Shown one piece after another: positions 7,462 to 12,837 of a DNA stretch of 12,837 nt. Both the position numbers and the translations under genes were made by a program. The stretch lies in the NCBI GenBank assembly GCA_043228905.1, contig JBHGNT010001028.1:1-12837 (forward strand), written 5' to 3'. The stretch's first letter is position 1. Each line of letters opens with the position of its first letter. This DNA comes from Azolla caroliniana. Lineage: Eukaryota; Plantae; Polypodiophyta. Below the pieces are notes generated by a model. The model searched no databases, was not told where the DNA came from, and saw nothing but the letters and a program-made list of their open reading frames with translations.

Positions 7462-10191
7462 CTACTCTGAGGAAAGATCTTCCTCCATCTCCAAATCCTC
7501 GTCTGCGTCGTCTTGCAAAATGTCGAATAATGAGGGTTCTGCCTCTTGTGTTGCCATGCCTTCCTCGTCTTCTTCTTCAGCTTCTGTATCCTCCCCATTG
7601 TTGTTTTCCTGTCAGGTTCCTTCCGTCGATGGGCTTGGGTCCGCTTCTGTTCTTGCTTCCGGTGCCCCGAGTCCAGGTGTTTTGGTAATTCTTTCAGCTT
7701 CGATATTGTCTAACTCGACGGATGTCTCAACATCATGCTTGTCGAATTCCTGCATGATTCTATTAATTTCTTCTTTAAAATAAGTCGTCATGTCGTATAG
7801 GTCCTTAGCAATATCTTCTTGAACTGTGGTCATTGCTTCTTCCGACATCTTGAGGAAGCCCTTGCCCTGAACTTTCCTATTTTCTCTGTCAGCTCTTAAT
7901 AGTTGAAGCTCTGTTGCTTGTGCCGGCCATGTTTGCCAACCCTTCTCCAGCGATTCATTGACCAATTTTAGGGTGTTAATTCGGTGACGTCTAATGATCG
8001 CTTGAACCCTGTCCTGAGTCATTCTAGCCTCAAACTATGATGTTGCCAATGTTTTTCGTAAATCAATGATTACCGCATTGGTCTGCCCTTCTGCCTGAAT
8101 CAACTTAGCTTGGGCCACTAAGAGGTCAAGTCGTCGTTTCTTGGAGACTGTTTGAATTTCTGCACATCGGTTTTCTAGCGTCGCTTTCTCTTCATTCTAG
8201 TTGTTCTGTTGCTGAATAATTTTTTTGTTGATTTCGTTTATCAGTTTGTCTTTACCCGCCAACTGTGTTGTAAAACAAGTCTCTTGGCTTTTGACATACT
8301 CTTCCAGTTCCTCGACTTGTTGCCGTGTAATCTCTTGATGTTGGGCTAACTGTTGGCATAAATCTTTTATTACATTATCCTTTTCCCCTAAACATCCGCC
8401 AGCCGTCGTTTTTGCAGACTATAATTGAACCTCCATTTCCCTAAACTGGTCCTCAGTCTTTTCCGCCTTAATTTCTGCCTCCCTTAATGCTTGTTCGTCT
8501 TGGTACAACCTCTTTTGTAATTCCGAATCCGTCTCCAAAGGTTGTCTTTGTGACTCTGGCTGGACTATTTGTTCTCTCGCTTTTTCTAGAGCCCCCTGTT
8601 CTTCTTGCAGTTTATTTTTCAATTGCTGATTTTCTGCCTGCATTTGTTTATACTGTGCATTAAGCACATTTGCAACTGTTGTAGCCTGTTTGTATAATTT
8701 GGCCATATCCCTGGCACCTCTGCTAGCCTTTTCATAATCACAGTGTACTTCCACCAGTGCCTCATGTAATTGTGGTATTTGAATGGCTTCACCTCTATTT
8801 TTAGCATGTCACTGTCGACCAATTCTATCCACTTCCGCTTGCTCATTGGTTCGATAGCTCCACATAATGACCTCTAGATCATTATTTGATCTCTGTGCTC
8901 TTGCGCCATTCTTTCCGACACTTCTTGCAGTCTTTTAGCTAACCATTCTACTAGTTCATATGATGTTCGGAACTACAGAATGGCAGCTACCTTATGTGTT
9001 GTTGCCGGAATGTCGGAAAAACCGAGTACCTCTTGTACCATTGTCGTTGATGTCTGCCCTTTTTGAACTCGTGACGTGTCATCTGGATTGACACGAGGTA
9101 TTTGCGTGCTTTGGGCGGCTTGATCGTTAGTTGTCTTTTTCTTCTGCACAGGTTGTTCTTGCTCTAGTCTAGAGTATCTTTGAGACCATTGTTTCACCCT
9201 TCGTTGTTTCGGCAGTTGCTGTTCAATGTCAATTTGTCGCGATTTTTGTTGTTGTGACGATTGCTCGTCTGTCGTCCCTCGTTGTTGCATCCTCTGTGGT
9301 TGGGACTCCGGCGGTGCAGTCGGTGATTGTTGGGTAGGTTCGGGTTGTGGTATCGATTGTTGAGACTGCGTCGACTGTTGTTGTTCTGATTCTTGTTGGC
9401 GCCTTGGTTCCGGTTGGTCAGTCTCGGTTCGAGTGGTATCGTCCTGCATTGATTCTTCTTCCCTCCACTCTTCCCTTTGGACTTGTCGTCGGGCTCGGGA
9501 TGACTGTACCTGAGGCGGCCGACGCACCTCTGATCGGTTTTCCGGCTCTGCAGTCAGAAATAATACCGATAACCAATGAGCAAAAATTGGCTTCATTGGT
9601 TTTCCTTTCCGAACTCCGTTTAGTTGCTCTCTCAGAGCATCTGCCGACAATAGCCCCCAATCGAAAGCTTCGCCTTCATAAGCGGCGATAATAAATCCGG
9701 CCCTCTTTTTGGGCATACAGTAGAATCTGGGACTAACAAACCCTACTTCCAATAAAAAATTTGCAACTTCATGAAAAAACACATCCCTACCTCCCTGTGT
9801 CTGATACGCTTTGGCAGAGGGCGAATATTCACTGAAATAGGACCGCAAAACATCCTCTTGGCATCTCCAACACGACCCGTACCTTCTTATTCGTGATCGT
9901 TGAGACATCGATTTCTGCCAACAGAGCTTCCGCGTTCGGGTGTGGCTTTGTTTCTGGGACTTTCAAAAATCCCTGTAACTTATTGGGAACGAGCCAGTGG
10001 CGCAAGTTGTCAGATACGACAATTGGCATGTTGTCGTCGTCGATGAACAGATCTTCACTCAATGAGGGTTGTGAGAACTGTTGTGGGCTATGGCGAGAAA
10101 AATCAGAAAACCTGTTAGCTTGAATGCGTTTCTGCTTCTGTGGTGAAACAATCATTATAGAAATAGGTTTTAAGAGATGAATCTTTTGCAT
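7462..10191 (-). pseudogene. Extra 3' ORF ('env-position' ORF) of the gypsy element, ~910 codons when reconstructed: N-terminal globular domain, Q/E/R-rich linker, long coiled coil, acidic tail
   Basis: Track ORFs 9829..10191, 8973..9908, 8619..8846, 8419..8754 and 7612..8022 join into one frame. This needs two compensating frameshifts (~9858, ~8790) and read-through of six stops (8973, 8874, 8419, 8197, 8035, 7612). It ends ...DDADEDLEMEEDLSSE* at 7462, with a further TAA at 7453. Confidence 0.8.
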
Positions 10192-10382
10192 GATGCCTAG
10201 GGAATAAAAGTACTATTAATGTTATGATGACTAGGCGTACTAGTGGAGTGATGGCTAGAAATAGTAATAATGACTAATAGAAATACGCCTCCACCACTTT
10301 TACTTATAGTCTTTTGAAATTACTCCAAGAATCTCTTCGTGAGACTTAGTTATGATTTGGCAAGAAAATATTCCATAGTTTG

Positions 10383-10404
10383 TTTTTTTTTTTTTTTTTT
10401 TTTT
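10383..10404. repeat. T22 homopolymer (A22 on the element strand) overlapping the pol stop codon
   Basis: Read directly. The TAA of pol lies at 10403-10405. Confidence 0.9.
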
Positions 10405-11834
10405 ACTTTTCTTCCAGTTCATCCTTGGATGGATTTTTCGACATATGTCCACGATATGGTTTAAGCCGAAACCATTGACCTATTTCGGTAAAATATCACC
10501 TGATAGGGTTCCCAGTTGATACGTACCATTTTTACTATTCACGATCCAAACTGGTCCTGTCCATCTATACCGAAGTTTTCCTGGCATCGCCCCCATCTTA
10601 GTTGGAAAACCAGTACCGGTTTTCCGATTCCGAATTGCGATTCGGTTTTCCGTCAGTGTCGATTTACAAATGCCTTGGTTTGCCTTTGCTTGTGCTCTAA
10701 AGCTGTCATAACTTGTAGTCAGTCTTCTTCTAACAGTAATAAAGATTCCTTCCGAATTTGCTCCGACTGTAGTTCATTTAATTTTTCAGTTGCTTGTATT
10801 CGGAGTGTCGGAATTTGGAATTTGAGTGGCATCACTACTTCCAATCCAAAAGCCATTCGGAAGGGTGTTGATTTGATAGATGTTTTGTACGACGTGTGAT
10901 ATGCCCATAAAGCACTATGCAATTTTTTATCCCAGTCCGTATGATTCTCATTTACTATTTTTTTTAGTATCGTCTGGAGGGTTTTGTTTGTCAACTCCGC
11001 CAATCCATTCGCTTGTGGATAGTAAGGGGTGCTTTTCTTATGAACCACTGCATAGTAGGTAGACAATTCATGAACAAGTTTGTTAATGAAATGCGTACCT
11101 TGATCACTCACTAATTCTATTGGGCAGCCGAATCGACACCATATACTTTCGTACAAAAATTTTGTTGTTGAAGCTATCGTATTATCCCTAAGAGCCTTAG
11201 CTTCTACCCACTTTGTACAATAGTCAATAGCCACTATAATATATCTATTGCTTGTTCTTATTGTTGCCGGTTTGAAAGGGCCTACAAAATCCAACCCCCA
11301 TTTCTGGAAAGGTTCAAGAGGTAACACCAGTTGAAATGGCATTCGGTCCCTTTCTGTCGGTTGTCCCATACGCTGGGATAAATCACATTTCCGACAATAT
11401 TCGACCGTATCCTTCATCATTGTAGGCCACCATAACCCACTGTTCCATATTTTTCTTGTTGTGGTTTCCCCAACATAGTGACCTCCTGCAATTCCACAGT
11501 GTGATTCCTGAAGGATGACCAATTTTTCGAATTGTCGTACTGTTCTTCTCCAAATACCATTTGCTCCCTTATGATACAGAGTATCGTTCAAAAGACAAAA
11601 ATTACGACTTCTTACCGCCAGACTTTTTCTTTCGTCTATCGATAGATGTTCGGGTGGCAACCCCGTTGTAAGAAAGATTGTCATTTCTGAAATCCAACCA
11701 TCCTCACTTTCTTCATTTACACCCTGTGCATTTACAACTTCCACTCGAAAAAGCTGACCATCCGGAAAATCATCCTTGACACATGTGCCTTCTTCTCCTG
11801 TCTCCAGTCGACTGAGATAATCGGCCACCGCATG
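10403..11834 (-). mobile_element. Ty3/gypsy pol 3' part: RNase H end, linker and integrase with GPY/F motif and no chromodomain; non-chromovirus (Athila/Tat-related) type, pseudogenised
   Basis: HAVADYLSRL; zinc finger ESHCGIAGGHY...CDLSQ (last Cys replaced by Ser); DDE residues in WGLDFVGP, LVSDQGTHF and PQANGLAE. After a stop at 10719, another stop and a frameshift come GKLRYRWTGPVWI and VNGFRLKPY. RNase H-then-integrase order is gypsy-type. Confidence 0.95.
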
Positions 11835-11927
11835 CTCATCCGATTCTCACCAGGTCTTCCGTAGCCGGGTACTCCTCTTCCGGTTCTCACCGGGTCTTCA
11901 CCATCCGAAGGGACCTTTTTCCTAACA
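11835..11927. mobile_element. Truncated LTR end (~93 bp) of a further element, containing a 25-bp direct repeat
   Basis: Copia C integrase homology stops at 11928, where the minus strand begins TGTTAGGAAAAAGG, a typical LTR terminus. 11835-11859 and 11875-11899 match at 22/25. It does not match the other LTRs in the window. Confidence 0.6.
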
Positions 11928-12837
11928 ATAACTTACGTCATCGTCATCGGCACCTTAGCCCAAAATGTATTGGATAGTTTTGCATGTGGTAGCATGCTTC
12001 AGACTCTCTCCATTATGGTCTGGTTCATCCGTTCAGCCAGCCTGTTCAATTCTAGCATCTTCGGCACGGTGAATTCGAGCCGGATTCCCTTCGACCGGCA
12101 ATACTCCTCGAACTTCCCCCGGTATTCTCCTCCGTTATCTGCTCGAACTGCCTTCAACTTCCGACCGGTTTACTCTTCCTCTCTCACGTGGAGCTCCTTG
12201 AAGACAAACAGCACCTGATCCTTTATCTTCAACGGTGAGACCCACAACTTCCGGTTATGGTCATCTATGAACGTCACGAAGTACTACGAACCGACATGTG
12301 ATTTCGTGTCCACTTGACACACATCAGTATCCACCAGCTCCAGTGGTGCATTCTGTCTCATTGGTGGTCTTGACCAGAAGGAGGTTCGATTTTGCTCGCG
12401 GGCCAAACTGTCGGTGCATTTCTCAAGATGCATGTCTTTCACCTTCGGAATGAGGTTATCCTTAGCAAGTCTTCTCATCCCCTTCTGACTCATATGACAC
12501 AGTCTCTTGTGCCACAGCTCACCGGCAGTGTCGAATGCTACGTTCACTTCTTCCCGCATATCCGGGCGTGCATCAGGTACAGTGTGTTGATCTTCCGGGC
12601 TCAAGCCACGATCAAGCTTCCTTTGCTAAATTTCATGACTCTGTTCCGGATGCTACCCGTGTAGCCTTCATCATCTAGCCGACCGGCTTATATCAGGTTC
12701 AACCGAACCTCCGGAACGTGTCGGACATCCTTCAGCAGCAGTTTGCACCCAGTTGATGTCGTCAACCACACATCTCCTATGCCGACGATTTGGCAGGTAC
12801 CTTCATTCCCCATCTGGACACAACCATGATCTCAGGC
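11928..12837 (-). mobile_element. Ty1/copia fragment C: protease C-terminal part, GAG-pre-integrase and integrase core; Tnt1/Tork-like by recall, decayed, continues beyond the window
   Basis: VQMGNEGTCQIVGIGDV...LKDVRHVPEVRLNLI; LWHKRLCHMSQKG; PLELVDTDVC; YFVTFIDDHNRKLWV; LKAVRADNGGEY; LNRLAERMNQTIMERV; with several stops. The sequence differs from the integrases of A and B. Confidence 0.94.

Noticed and set aside
7308-7783. ORFs 7308..7598 (-), 7320..7688 (+) and 7403..7783 (+)
   Set aside because: Alternative-frame or antisense readings of the low-complexity acidic tail of the extra ORF.
9347-10899. Plus-strand ORFs 9347..9691, 9893..10123 and 10516..10899, including a hydrophobic 'TM-like' stretch VVVLILVGALV
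   Set aside because: Antisense to Gln-rich or integrase codons. The hydrophobicity is an artefact of reading CAA/CAG repeats backwards.
11928-12837. Copia C as the displaced 5' half of copia A or B
   Set aside because: It carries its own protease and integrase region, which A and B already have, with clearly different sequence.

Overview
Eukaryotic, almost certainly land-plant nuclear DNA (a fern is my inference, from a PLS-type PPR fragment and the style of the elements). It is a stack of decayed, nested LTR retrotransposons with no intact gene. Left to right: a PPR pseudogene fragment (3-92, +); a ~72-bp tandem array (~245-885); a Ty1/copia fragment A (871-2336, -); a second Ty1/copia element B with 3' LTR and PPT (2337-6950, -), whose RNase H is split by a clean 495-bp solo LTR (3060-3554, TSD GACAA); a non-chromovirus Ty3/gypsy element (6951-11834, -); a ~93-bp stub of another LTR (11835-11927); and a third Ty1/copia fragment C (11928-end, -). 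Three observations most deserve follow-up: a reconstructable ~910-codon extra ORF between the gypsy integrase and its 3' LTR, a hairpin instead of a polypurine tract before that LTR, and a tRNA-like A/B-box module inside the solo LTR. None can be called novel without database searches, which I could not run.
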